DNA of 64,000 nucleotides from IMG/VR virus record IMGVR_UViG_3300043105_000117, positions 1-64,000 of that record; one strand, given 5' to 3'. A program made the position numbers and the translations under genes. The notes below the pieces were generated by a model, which saw only the letters and a program-made list of their open reading frames with translations, searched no databases and was not told where the DNA came from. The DNA is from a virus (lineage: Duplodnaviria; Caudoviricetes). Positions 1 through 8,327 of the stretch are shown piece by piece (position 1 is the stretch's first letter; the number at the start of each line of letters is the position of its first letter).

Positions 1-17
1 TATAAACTTTTTCTACT

Positions 18-545
18 ATGGAAGGTAATTATCTGACCGCAGGCGACCTTGCGTTGCTTGAACAGAAAAGAGGCATCTACGATGGTGACGAGTACCGCTC
101 TCGTGGTTGCAGAGGTACAGCCGCTACCGGGCTTGCCCTTGGTGCTTCCGCACTTGGTATCGCTATCTTTGGCGGTATCGCACTTTGGGGAGGTCTTAAC
201 TCGGCTTCCAAGGCACGCTATGATGGTGCTACCAACACCATGAACGCTCAGGCTAAGGCTAATAGCGACCTTGTTGCTCTGCTTGCTAACCGCATTGTTG
301 CCGACAATCAGAGAGCGGACAATATCACGCTCGATGTAAACAACAAGCTGTATGCTTTGCAGGGTGCTACCGCCAACGCAACGGGTGGCTCCGCTGCTTC
401 CAACGCTCTTGCAACAGCGGAGGCTTTGGCACTTCTGAACAATAGTTCATCTGCCAATCCGCTGTCAAACGCTATTCAAAACTCATGCAGTTTGCGCGTT
501 ACTCGCGTAGCTGAGCAGAATTGTGGTTGCGGCTGCAACGGCTAA
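18..545 (+). CDS. Hypothetical membrane-anchored Ala/Asn-rich protein with Cys-rich C-terminus (CGCGCNG)
   Basis: ORF 175 aa; hydrophobic helix ALGASALGIAIFGGIALWGG; followed by terminator. Confidence 0.8.
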   Translation: MEGNYLTAGDLALLEQKRGIYDGDEYRSRGCRGTAATGLALGASALGIAIFGGIALWGGLNSASKARYDGATNTMNAQAKANSDLVALLANRIVADNQRADNITLDVNNKLYALQGATANATGGSAASNALATAEALALLNNSSSANPLSNAIQNSCSLRVTRVAEQNCGCGCNG

Positions 546-553
546 ATGTTTTC

Positions 554-582
554 GGGGCAGTCTTAAAAAGGGCTGTCCCTTT
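554..582 (+). terminator. Intrinsic terminator-like hairpin
   Basis: GGGGCAGTC-N8-GGCTGTCCC followed by a short TTT tract. Confidence 0.55.
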
Positions 583-605
583 ACTAAAAAAGAAGAGCGA
601 TAGCT

Positions 606-968
606 ATGTTTTTCAGACGAAACAAAATTGACCTACGTATGATTAATCCAAGTTCCAAAATCAGCCTAAAGATGTCATGCCTCGCTTCCTGCGGTGGCGA
701 TGTAGACAAGGCGACCAAACTCTATGCTTTCCTTTCGGAGGGCATAGACAGTATTCCTGACTTCGATATTCCTCGCCCCTCTGTCTTTGAACAGATAAAA
801 TCGGGTGCGGGTGATGTTTTCGGATGGTTCAAGGAAAATAAGAATGAGATAGCCGAAGGGGTCAATTTTATTCAGTCGCTACGCAAGCGACAAGACGGAC
901 AGCAAGTTGAACCGCAGCAGGGACAGCAAGCTCTTCCACCGCTGCCAAATGTGGAGGGCAAGCCATGA
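606..968 (+). CDS. Hypothetical protein (Cys-rich module)
   Basis: ORF 120 aa in tightly packed operon. Confidence 0.8.
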   Translation: MFFRRNKIDLRMINPSSKISLKMSCLASCGGDVDKATKLYAFLSEGIDSIPDFDIPRPSVFEQIKSGAGDVFGWFKENKNEIAEGVNFIQSLRKRQDGQQVEPQQGQQALPPLPNVEGKP

Positions 969-1171
969 CTACGTTAAAGCCGTTCAAAGTTGAGTTCTAT
1001 GTGTATGCGGAGGACGAAAAAGAGGCTATGGCTTTAAATAAGGCTCTCTACGACCTTGTAGACGACAAACGTAAACAAGGTATCGCTGTGACCGCAAAAT
1101 GCCTCACGAAGGCTTTAAAATCGTTTGGAAATAATATCTTCTTAACTAATTACCTAAAGAATAACGCATGA
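965..1171 (+). CDS. Hypothetical protein
   Basis: ORF 68 aa, ATGA overlap with upstream gene. Confidence 0.75.
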   Translation: MTTLKPFKVEFYVYAEDEKEAMALNKALYDLVDDKRKQGIAVTAKCLTKALKSFGNNIFLTNYLKNNA

Positions 1172-1172
1172 T

Positions 1173-1358
1173 ATGGAAACTAAGAATATATTCAGCGTAA
1201 TCGCGGAGGGTATCGGGAATACCAATCAGAATGTGGTAGAGGTATTTAACCTCATGCAGGAGAACAACCGACTACTCATGGAGATTCATTCGATACTCTT
1301 TCCGAAAGATTTAACAGCCGAGCCGACGAGCGATGGCACGGCTACTAATGATAAGTAA
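1173..1358 (+). CDS. Hypothetical protein
   Basis: ORF 61 aa, abuts upstream gene. Confidence 0.7.
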   Translation: METKNIFSVIAEGIGNTNQNVVEVFNLMQENNRLLMEIHSILFPKDLTAEPTSDGTATNDK

Positions 1359-1384
1359 TAATCGCTCTTAAAACTTTTTCTACT

Positions 1385-1813
1385 ATGTCAAATTGTTCAC
1401 AAAATCCAACCTCTAATGTGACCTTCACGTTAGGACTTGGCTCAACTACAACTCCGTATGTTGGGTTGCTGAATGTAACGACACGGCTTTGCACAAAAGT
1501 TTGTGTTGATTCGGGTTTTATATTCAATCCGACTGTGAAATTCTTGTCGCTTGCTTCATTAGGCAATAATGCCTATGTTGCAACATTCTCTTTACAGGGT
1601 GCATACATCTACACACCGTGCAGTTCTAACTGCTGTCAATCCACCGTGCAGGATGTGAATACCACCTTTAATGTGCCAATATCTTCGGCTACGACTATCA
1701 CAACTGCTACCCCAACTGTTTCAAATGTTATTAACGCGGTAGTTGCTAACGATTGCCAGAAGTGCGGAAGATATGCAGCTTCGGATATTGTTTTATCAAT
1801 AGCTGTTAAGTAG
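1385..1813 (+). CDS. Cys/Thr-rich predicted beta-sheet protein
   Basis: ORF 142 aa with paired Cys (LCTKVC, PCSSNCCQ, DCQKC). Confidence 0.8.
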   Translation: MSNCSQNPTSNVTFTLGLGSTTTPYVGLLNVTTRLCTKVCVDSGFIFNPTVKFLSLASLGNNAYVATFSLQGAYIYTPCSSNCCQSTVQDVNTTFNVPISSATTITTATPTVSNVINAVVANDCQKCGRYAASDIVLSIAVK

Positions 1814-1814
1814 T

Positions 1815-2102
1815 ATGGAAGTTTGGATAATGCTCTCGACAATGCTGATAGCTACGCTATCTGTGCATCTTGGGTTGTCAGATGCGGTGGCACCTATTAT
1901 ATCCAAGATAATCAAATGCCCACGATGCCTGAGTATGTGGCTAACATTTATCGCACTACTTTTCCACGGGAGCGATATTGTTTTTGCCGGGGCATTATCC
2001 TTACTCGTGGCATTTGTAAGCAACTACTTTATTTTTGTCCTTTTGTTTTTGAATAAATTTTATGAATGGTTATGGGAAAGAATAAACAATCAAAAGAAGT
2101 AA
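1815..2102 (+). CDS. Membrane protein with CxxC (DUF1360-like)
   Basis: Hydrophobic helices around KCPRCLSMW, resembling the CPxCLSxW motif. Confidence 0.55.
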   Translation: MEVWIMLSTMLIATLSVHLGLSDAVAPIISKIIKCPRCLSMWLTFIALLFHGSDIVFAGALSLLVAFVSNYFIFVLLFLNKFYEWLWERINNQKK

Positions 2103-2191
2103 TAAGGGAATCGACGAAAGTATTTCCTACTTTGCCAACTGTGAAATATGTTCCAATGCCAAGATTCCCAAAACATTGTGGTAATTGTTAA
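2072..2191 (+). CDS. Small basic protein ending in CxxC (39 aa)
   Basis: Read by eye: MGKNKQSKEVIRESTKVFPTLPTVKYVPMPRFPKHCGNC; below ORF-track cutoff. Confidence 0.55.
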   Translation: MGKNKQSKEVIRESTKVFPTLPTVKYVPMPRFPKHCGNC

Positions 2192-2204
2192 ATATTAGAC
2201 TATG

Positions 2205-2236
2205 TTTGCGTTGATTGGTATAATTTTATATTTTTG
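2205..2236 (+). promoter_or_regulatory. Bacteroidota sigma70-type promoter for HNH gene
   Basis: TTTG(2205)-N20-TATTTTTG(2229). Confidence 0.65.
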
Positions 2237-2336
2237 TGTTGCACAGATAGACGGGAGTAGCTACCCGTTGACAAAGGTAACGCAACAGCCTTTCTGTGCT
2301 TCCTTTATTTGTTGCGGCCATTTAAATGTTGCAAGT

Positions 2337-3191
2337 ATGGAGCAAGAAATTTGGAAGCCCGTAAAAGATTTTGAGGGGCTATATGAGGTATCAAGCCTTG
2401 GGAGGGTGAAAAGTCTTGATAGGGAAGTTATCTATTCTGATGGGCGCGTATTTAAGTACAGCGGTAATATAATGAAACACTCAATTAATAGAGGGTATCA
2501 TTATGTGAATCTTATAAAAAACACTAAACCGTATTCAAAAAAGGTGCATAGGCTTGTCGCAGAGGCTTTTGTCCCAAATCCTCAAAACAAAACATTTATA
2601 GACCACATAGACACCGATAAAGATAACAACTCAGCTGATAATCTGAGGTGGGTAACACAATCAGAGAATATGAACAACGAAATAACCAAGCAGAAAATAA
2701 TATTTAGTATGCGGAATGGGCTTACTGCAAAAATGATACAAACCAAGAAAGATAATGGGTCAATAAAAGTTATATATCAATACGATTTAAACGGCAAGTT
2801 TTTGCGGAGTTTTGAATCTATTTCAGAAGCAGCGAGGCTCACCGGCATAGGAACTTCGTGCATATGTATGTGCGCAAATAAGAAGTCCGGGTTTATGAGA
2901 GCGGGAAATTATATGTGGTCTTATGAAAAGGATAAATCAATATCACCTTATATAGATGGACATTTAAGGCACATGAGGCGAATAGTACAAGTCGATTCAA
3001 ACATGGACGTAATAAGGATATTTGCCGACAAATATGAAGCTGCAAAATCTCTAAATATGTCGCCCAAACAAGTTGCTAAAAGATGCTGGCGCAAGTCTAC
3101 ATCTTACAGATGTAACGGTGTGATTATTTTATACGAAGAGGATTTAATTAATATAAAAGGAGGTAATTATGAACTACAAAGAAATGCTTGA
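2337..3191 (+). CDS. NUMOD4-HNH homing endonuclease with C-terminal NUMOD1-like repeats
   Basis: EIWKPVKDFEGLYEVSSLGRVKS (NUMOD4); VHRLVAEAF...IDHIDTDKDNNSADNLRWVT (HNH); YQYDLNGKFLRSFESISEAAR (NUMOD1). Start moved from 2202 to ATG 2337, downstream of promoter and leader. Confidence 0.9.
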   Translation: MEQEIWKPVKDFEGLYEVSSLGRVKSLDREVIYSDGRVFKYSGNIMKHSINRGYHYVNLIKNTKPYSKKVHRLVAEAFVPNPQNKTFIDHIDTDKDNNSADNLRWVTQSENMNNEITKQKIIFSMRNGLTAKMIQTKKDNGSIKVIYQYDLNGKFLRSFESISEAARLTGIGTSCICMCANKKSGFMRAGNYMWSYEKDKSISPYIDGHLRHMRRIVQVDSNMDVIRIFADKYEAAKSLNMSPKQVAKRCWRKSTSYRCNGVIILYEEDLINIKGGNYELQRNA

Positions 3192-3663
3192 ACACGCCAA
3201 GTCAAGCGGTGTGACAAGCGAGAAAGCGATGTGGCAGAGCGTAGGTGATATAGATACGTTGCTTTGCCTTATAAAGGAAACAAATAAGGATGCGTACCAT
3301 CAATTCATGCGCAAAACTTATGCAAATCTTTACTCCGACCATTATGCAACGGAAGATTTCGCGGAATGGGACATCTCGCAAATGAAGTCTACGCAGATGG
3401 ACGGTAAGACACTCTCCGGCGCATACTGGACTATCGAGCAAGTTGTTGATGCTTACAAGAGTATGGGAGTTACAATTCCGTCGGAAGTAACAAAATATGA
3501 CCTATGGGTTTTAGCCAATGCCGCAAAGCATGACTTCGGACGTAAGTTCGATGATAGCAAGGTACTGGAGATTGGATATTTGTTCTATGTAGCTGATGAG
3601 GACTACCCAAAGCACGACAAGATTTTCCGTTACATGACTATGGTTCATTCAAAGGAGGTGTAA
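3169..3663 (+). CDS. Hypothetical helical protein (Cys-rich module)
   Basis: ORF 164 aa with AAAGGAGG upstream. Confidence 0.8.
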   Translation: MNYKEMLEHAKSSGVTSEKAMWQSVGDIDTLLCLIKETNKDAYHQFMRKTYANLYSDHYATEDFAEWDISQMKSTQMDGKTLSGAYWTIEQVVDAYKSMGVTIPSEVTKYDLWVLANAAKHDFGRKFDDSKVLEIGYLFYVADEDYPKHDKIFRYMTMVHSKEV

Positions 3664-3667
3664 AGAT

Positions 3668-3745
3668 ATGAGAGGTGATGAGTTTTTAGCAGAAATCAGG
3701 GAGTATCTGAAATGGTTACATCCGTATTTCAGAGAGAGCGAATAA
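3668..3745 (+). CDS. Small peptide (25 aa)
   Basis: MRGDEFLAEIREYLKWLHPYFRESE read by eye, 4 nt after upstream stop. Confidence 0.4.
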   Translation: MRGDEFLAEIREYLKWLHPYFRESE

Positions 3746-3750
3746 CAAAT

Positions 3751-3778
3751 AAGCCCCGCATCTCACGACGAAGGGCTT
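3751..3778. terminator. Terminator between converging operons
   Basis: AAGCCCCGCATCTCACGACGAAGGGCTT; GUGA tetraloop and T-rich tail on - strand. Confidence 0.65.
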
Positions 3779-3814
3779 ACGAATATAAACTATCTACTAT
3801 GCTAAACACAAATA

Positions 3815-4216
3815 TCACTTGACTCTATATCGTTTTATAAGCCACGCTATTACATAAGCGGCAGCACAAATATAAATAAAAATCGAGAAACTACCGATAT
3901 TCATTTTGGCTTTTTGCCATTTAGTTAGTTTTGCCTCGACAGGATAGGGAACCTGGACGCTATCAACCTTTTCGATTAATACGCTATCAACACGTTCCTT
4001 TATCCTGTCGAGGTATCTTACCTTCCATTTCTCTATCAGAACCGTATCCTTGCTCCGGTCGATATAAATACTGTCATGTTCAACCAGTTTGAACGTGTCG
4101 GCATTTGTAATAAACCGGTCCTTGTATTCGGTGCGAACGGTCTCTACCGGCACATACTTGGTCCGGCATGATGACATCACAAAAAACAATAATAGAAGAA
4201 AAACTGTCTTTTTCAT
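3815..4216 (-). CDS. Unimolecular-spanin-like lipoprotein
   Basis: Signal peptide with lipobox (VMSS-C), C-terminal TM helix, downstream of endolysin. Confidence 0.7.
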   Translation of the reverse strand: MKKTVFLLLLFFVMSSCRTKYVPVETVRTEYKDRFITNADTFKLVEHDSIYIDRSKDTVLIEKWKVRYLDRIKERVDSVLIEKVDSVQVPYPVEAKLTKWQKAKMNIGSFSIFIYICAAAYVIAWLIKRYRVK

Positions 4217-4797
4217 GTGGTAAAATTAAATCGGTTCAATCTGTTATACCAACCGTCTCGGAACTTTTTCTGTGACGGATACTTCCTGCAACGCTCATCG
4301 TAGAAGTCGTATCGGGCTATCTTGATGGCATTGAAGAAGTCTAATGCGTTTTTGGAGTTGATTGCAGCAAGAGTTTTTCTTCCGATTACTCCGTCCACTA
4401 CCGAATTAGACAGTTGCTGAATGTTTTTTGTTGCGGTTACAACTCCGGAATTAAAGGCCCAGTCCACATATATGTTGGCCACCGACTGCGACACAATCTC
4501 CGACGCGCGGCATTTATCCCAGTAGTTAGACTTCATTATATCTTTCCATGCCTCATATGTGATTGCCTTTAGTTTTGCGACATCGGGAGTGGTTAGTCCT
4601 TTTTTCTTGCAATAATCCTTATACGTAGCAAGTGTTACACCGACCATTGTCGCACCACCGCTGTCATCCTTGTCATTGGAGAATCCTCCCTTCTTGGCCC
4701 GCTCGAAGTAGTCCTTGTTGCTCTCCCCGCTTTTGATAGCAGTTACAACTGCCTCGTTCCTTATCAGAATGGGCGCAAAGTTCTCAATATCTGCCAT
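4213..4797 (-). CDS. Endolysin, glycosyl hydrolase family 108-like with PG-binding domain
   Basis: GGFSNDKDDSGGATMVGVT; YWD...VANIYVDWAFNSG; VDGVIGRKTLAAIN; GWYNRL. Confidence 0.88.
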   Translation of the reverse strand: MADIENFAPILIRNEAVVTAIKSGESNKDYFERAKKGGFSNDKDDSGGATMVGVTLATYKDYCKKKGLTTPDVAKLKAITYEAWKDIMKSNYWDKCRASEIVSQSVANIYVDWAFNSGVVTATKNIQQLSNSVVDGVIGRKTLAAINSKNALDFFNAIKIARYDFYDERCRKYPSQKKFRDGWYNRLNRFNFTT

Positions 4798-4798
4798 A

Positions 4799-5494
4799 TC
4801 AATTTTCTTTTAATGCGTTATAAAATTCGATTTTCATACCGTCATATACCATCTTTAGGTTGGTGAGGGTTCGGCTCTCATCCTCGTGGTCTGCATAGAT
4901 TTCCTGTTCGACTGTTTCCGTTACTCGGCTTATCCACTCCGGATTGGTGAACTTGCTTAGTCTCTGACCTCGATAGGTGAAGTTGTCGAACTTCGAGTTT
5001 CTGTTATCGTAGATATTCGCAAGAAGTTTGCGGATTTTGGTATCCGTTTTCTCGCGGTCCGCGATGTGGTTTTCTCTTTTTACCTTCTTGACAACCATTA
5101 GACACTCATACATTGAGTTGTCAAAAAGAGCGTTTGAAAGGTTCTTTATTCGCAGTTGTGTTTCACTTCTCAATCCTTCGGCCAGGTCATTGAGCATGTC
5201 GTTTTGTTTGCGAGTTTCCTTTAAGAGTTCGTTTACAATTTCCGCGTTGTTGATTAGTTGTTCATTCTGAATTTTTGTCTCACTAAGGAGATTTGTAACC
5301 ATGTCTGCATTTTTTTGTGCAGATTCCTGATTGTTCTTTGTCGTGGCAGCAAGGGAACTCTTAACGAAATTAAATAAACCCACCCACATTATTAACGTAA
5401 GTATAATAAAGAACCCTGCAAAAACTACGAGAAAACCGTAGTCGCTAATACCTTTGGCGGTGTCTAATGCGCCTTGAACAACATTTGTATCCAT
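4799..5494 (-). CDS. Putative holin/antiholin (single N-terminal TM plus coiled coil)
   Basis: First gene of lysis cassette; start moved to MDTNVV (5494), downstream of promoter. Confidence 0.55.
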   Translation of the reverse strand: MDTNVVQGALDTAKGISDYGFLVVFAGFFIILTLIMWVGLFNFVKSSLAATTKNNQESAQKNADMVTNLLSETKIQNEQLINNAEIVNELLKETRKQNDMLNDLAEGLRSETQLRIKNLSNALFDNSMYECLMVVKKVKRENHIADREKTDTKIRKLLANIYDNRNSKFDNFTYRGQRLSKFTNPEWISRVTETVEQEIYADHEDESRTLTNLKMVYDGMKIEFYNALKEN

Positions 5495-5524
5495 TGAAAA
5501 ACAAAAATTAAGTAAACTATGCCA

Positions 5525-5554
5525 CAAATATAGTGAACAAAAGCTGAATTTCAA
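5525..5554 (-). promoter_or_regulatory. Promoter for lysis cassette
   Basis: - strand TTG-N19-TATATTTG. Confidence 0.55.
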
Positions 5555-5603
5555 TAACTTAAATACATGTGTTAAACAGAATATAATTTTGTTTTCAATT
5601 TGT

Positions 5604-5634
5604 TTTGTCATATAAAAAAGTCTTTCTAATTTTG
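5604..5634 (+). promoter_or_regulatory. Promoter for replication operon
   Basis: TTTG(5604)-N19-TAATTTTG(5627). Confidence 0.65.
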
Positions 5635-5751
5635 GCGCAGAATAAACCCTGTTCACTCCTACGGACAGCAAGATATAAGGCAATAGCCGATATTAAAGGA
5701 CAGATTCAAGAGGTAGGAGGCTTGTTTCTTGTCCTTTTGTTTTATTCTATC

Positions 5752-5895
5752 ATGAGAAACAATAATAATAATGTTCTATCTATGTCTCAGCTTGATACGG
5801 ACAAAGTTTTTTACACACGACTCGGACTGCACAGTCTGAGTACGACTTCACTTTGTAACCATAAATTATCCCATCATGAACCAAAACAGTTTTAA
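5752..5895 (+). CDS. Short upstream ORF (47 aa) overlapping initiator start
   Basis: MRNNNNNVLSMSQLDT..., after structured leader. Confidence 0.35.
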   Translation: MRNNNNNVLSMSQLDTDKVFYTRLGLHSLSTTSLCNHKLSHHEPKQF

Positions 5896-6841
5896 GTACA
5901 CAGTAACCATCAACATCAAGGCACTTATCGATAGCGAACTTGATTTGGACTATATCGACCTTGTGGTTTTCGAGGCCATTAAGGACTCTGCCCCGGTAAG
6001 TGATAAACTTATAGACGGAAAGACTGTCTACTTCAAAATGAGGGCGGATTTTCTTATCCAACAATTACCCAAGTTGGGCATTACTACATCAAGAGGAATG
6101 TGGAAACGTATAGAGAATCTCATACGCGAAGGAGTTTTTGTCCGATACGACAAGAATAAATCCGTAAAAGAGCAGTATCTGACATACGGGGAGAACTATG
6201 AGAGGCTTATCTACTCGACATTAAAAAATGACCGCACTATGAACGAAAGTTCCGAGTTAAATAATTTAACTATGAACGAAAGTTCCGAGTTGACTATGAA
6301 CGAAAGTTCCGAGTATAATATAATAAATAATAATAATATAATAAATATACCCTCTAAAGAGGGTGTCGAGGCCGAAAAATCGGCTCGACTCTCTGAAAAA
6401 AGGGACATCAAAAGAAAGGAGGTAAAGAAAGAGCCGACACTAATAGGCCAGGCCCGTCCAATCTTCGAGCTGTACTATCAGCAGATGACTGGGGCAAAGT
6501 ACTATTGGGAGGCAAAAGATGCAGCTAACATGAAACGACTACTAGCCAAAATAAAGTTCACGCTTGAAGATTACAACACACAGGCCGATGATGAAAATAT
6601 ACTCGTAAGCCTTAAAACGTTCCTTTCACACATAAGGAACGAATGGATAATTGGCAATTTAAGCGTAAGCAAAATAAACTCACAGTACAACGAATTAATA
6701 GCAAACATAAAGAATGGACGAGAACATCTTAAAAACATGGAGAGAGAGTCTGCCGCGCGGTACGCAGCCCAGCGCGTCTATGAACTCACTCATGGAACAA
6801 ACACCGGTGGAGGGGATGTGCCGGAACCTGACATCATCTGA
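5876..6841 (+). CDS. Replication initiator (lambda O-like architecture)
   Basis: N-terminal winged-helix-like region, internal iterons in a low-complexity linker, C-terminal DnaD-like helical region. Confidence 0.75.
   Translation: MNQNSFKYTVTINIKALIDSELDLDYIDLVVFEAIKDSAPVSDKLIDGKTVYFKMRADFLIQQLPKLGITTSRGMWKRIENLIREGVFVRYDKNKSVKEQYLTYGENYERLIYSTLKNDRTMNESSELNNLTMNESSELTMNESSEYNIINNNNIINIPSKEGVEAEKSARLSEKRDIKRKEVKKEPTLIGQARPIFELYYQQMTGAKYYWEAKDAANMKRLLAKIKFTLEDYNTQADDENILVSLKTFLSHIRNEWIIGNLSVSKINSQYNELIANIKNGREHLKNMERESAARYAAQRVYELTHGTNTGGGDVPEPDII
6236..6350 (+). repeat. Putative replication origin: three 22-bp iterons plus AT-rich tract
   Basis: ACTATGAACGAAAGTTCCGAGT at 6236, 6269, 6293; AT-only tract from 6315. 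Confidence 0.8.
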
Positions 6842-7388
6842 AATCACCCAGAGATTCTCACCGGGAAACATGGAGTACATCTTGGCAAACCCCGGACTCG
6901 CAATTACGACAGATAAGAGTCCGACTGTCATAGAAGTCAAAAAAACGTTTGGTGACGAATTTTTCAAAGGGTGGCTATTGCAACAGCTATATGCACTCTT
7001 TCTGACGAGCAAGGAGCGGGACATGAGTCTTATTAAAACAATCGAGACTTTTGCCACATACTTCGCTTCCGAACTCAACAGGTTTAAGCTGTCTGAAATA
7101 ATGCTATACCTTGCAAGATACAAGGCCGGCAAATATGATGCGTCATACACGTCTTTCGATGAGAAACGAATCGGATATTGTTTCTTTCATCAGTTCCAGG
7201 AAGAGCGGAACAATGAACTCGAGAAGGAATACAGACGCAAAAGCATGGAGGAATCACTTAAACGCGCGTCATTGCCTGACAGTGTTCCGAGGGGATATAC
7301 ATCGCTTAGCTGGTATAACGAACTGAAAAAGCGAGAACGCAACGGAGATGAAGAAGCGAAGAGATTGCTTGAACCTCCAAGTCTCTAA
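6714..7388 (+). CDS. Initiator-partner protein (possible helicase loader)
   Basis: Directly follows initiator; LSEIMLYLARYKAGKY motif. Confidence 0.5.
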   Translation: MDENILKTWRESLPRGTQPSASMNSLMEQTPVEGMCRNLTSSEITQRFSPGNMEYILANPGLAITTDKSPTVIEVKKTFGDEFFKGWLLQQLYALFLTSKERDMSLIKTIETFATYFASELNRFKLSEIMLYLARYKAGKYDASYTSFDEKRIGYCFFHQFQEERNNELEKEYRRKSMEESLKRASLPDSVPRGYTSLSWYNELKKRERNGDEEAKRLLEPPSL

Positions 7389-7504
7389 ATTGAATAAAAT
7401 AAAGCCCGCTGTCGCATTTTCTTGTTGAAATGGTATAGTTGCTTAGGTTTGATAGAGAAAATGCAACAGAGAGCCTTAAAATAATAAACTAAAACTTTGA
7501 AGTG

Positions 7505-8002
7505 ATGAAGTGTAAAATTACAAAGGAAACTGAATATGACGTAAGGTTCATGGTCGTGGATACATGCGTCAGATATTGGGAAGATACGGATGTCGATGGT
7601 GTGGAGGACGATGCAGTCAATCCAAGAATACCATGCGCACAGAGAATCGACGAGTTTGAGGTCCATTGGCAGCCTGTTATCGAGGTTGAAACGGGACGTA
7701 TAATCAATTGGGCCAAGGGTGTGAGGGCTGAGGTTACTTATAAGGTCTGTGATGAGTTCCGGTGTAAGTTGAAAACAGAAATGGATAAGCCCTCCGTTTA
7801 CCGTTATGTCGGTTACGTACCGAAAATTATGTACCCACGCGAGAACGGATACGGAGATTACATCGAGATGAATATCGACACCGAGGGGTATATCGAGGGC
7901 TGGAACGCGAAAATGTTGCAGCAATTGATTGACTATATGGAGAATTATGCCGAATATGATACGATTAACAAAACATGCCGAAAAATATGTTGTAGAACAT
8001 AG
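7505..8002 (+). CDS. Conserved phage hypothetical protein
   Basis: VRYWED...YKVCDE...GYVP...GYGDYIEM motifs. Confidence 0.75.
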   Translation: MKCKITKETEYDVRFMVVDTCVRYWEDTDVDGVEDDAVNPRIPCAQRIDEFEVHWQPVIEVETGRIINWAKGVRAEVTYKVCDEFRCKLKTEMDKPSVYRYVGYVPKIMYPRENGYGDYIEMNIDTEGYIEGWNAKMLQQLIDYMENYAEYDTINKTCRKICCRT

Positions 8003-8020
8003 AAAAAAAATATATAAATG

Positions 8021-8052
8021 CTTGCAAAATTCACAAAAGCACTTTATATTTG
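8021..8052 (+). promoter_or_regulatory. Promoter of long rightward operon
   Basis: CTTG(8021)-N20-TATATTTG(8045). Confidence 0.65.
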
Positions 8053-8113
8053 CAGTGTTGTTAATAAACAATGATAATTAATATCAATCAGACAACATAA
8101 AGTAGTAGGTATT

Positions 8114-8317
8114 ATGGCAGAAAAAGCGTGTGTTATCAAAAAGACATCCCCGTCGCTCACTCTCCGGAATATGAAAATCGGAGAGAGGATGAGCATAAAA
8201 CAGAGGGATATATGTGAAGCAGTCGTGAGAGCAACAGCCTCCAGACTGAAAAAAAACGGCTACATGTTCAGTGTTTCCAAAACCAAACATGGAGTTGAGG
8301 TATTTAGGATTAAATAA
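8114..8317 (+). CDS. Small basic protein, possible DNA-binding regulator
   Basis: 67 aa, basic, first gene after promoter. Confidence 0.55.
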   Translation: MAEKACVIKKTSPSLTLRNMKIGERMSIKQRDICEAVVRATASRLKKNGYMFSVSKTKHGVEVFRIK

Positions 8318-8327
8318 TCTCTAATAA

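Noticed and set aside
2202-2336. Long N-terminal extensions in the ORF track (2202, 5683, 36885, 51235, 56685, 59222, 62374, 63839)
   Set aside because: They run through promoters, hairpins or neighbouring genes; downstream ATGs have the typical initiation context.
2192-3191. Group I intron around the HNH gene
   Set aside because: Flanking ORFs are complete, the HNH gene has its own promoter, and I found no P7/P3 core sequences.
7385-8071. Long opposite-strand ORFs (e.g. 7385-8071, 31617-32042, 50435-51106, 58536-59090)
   Set aside because: They are shadows of better-supported genes on the other strand, with no initiation signals or motifs.
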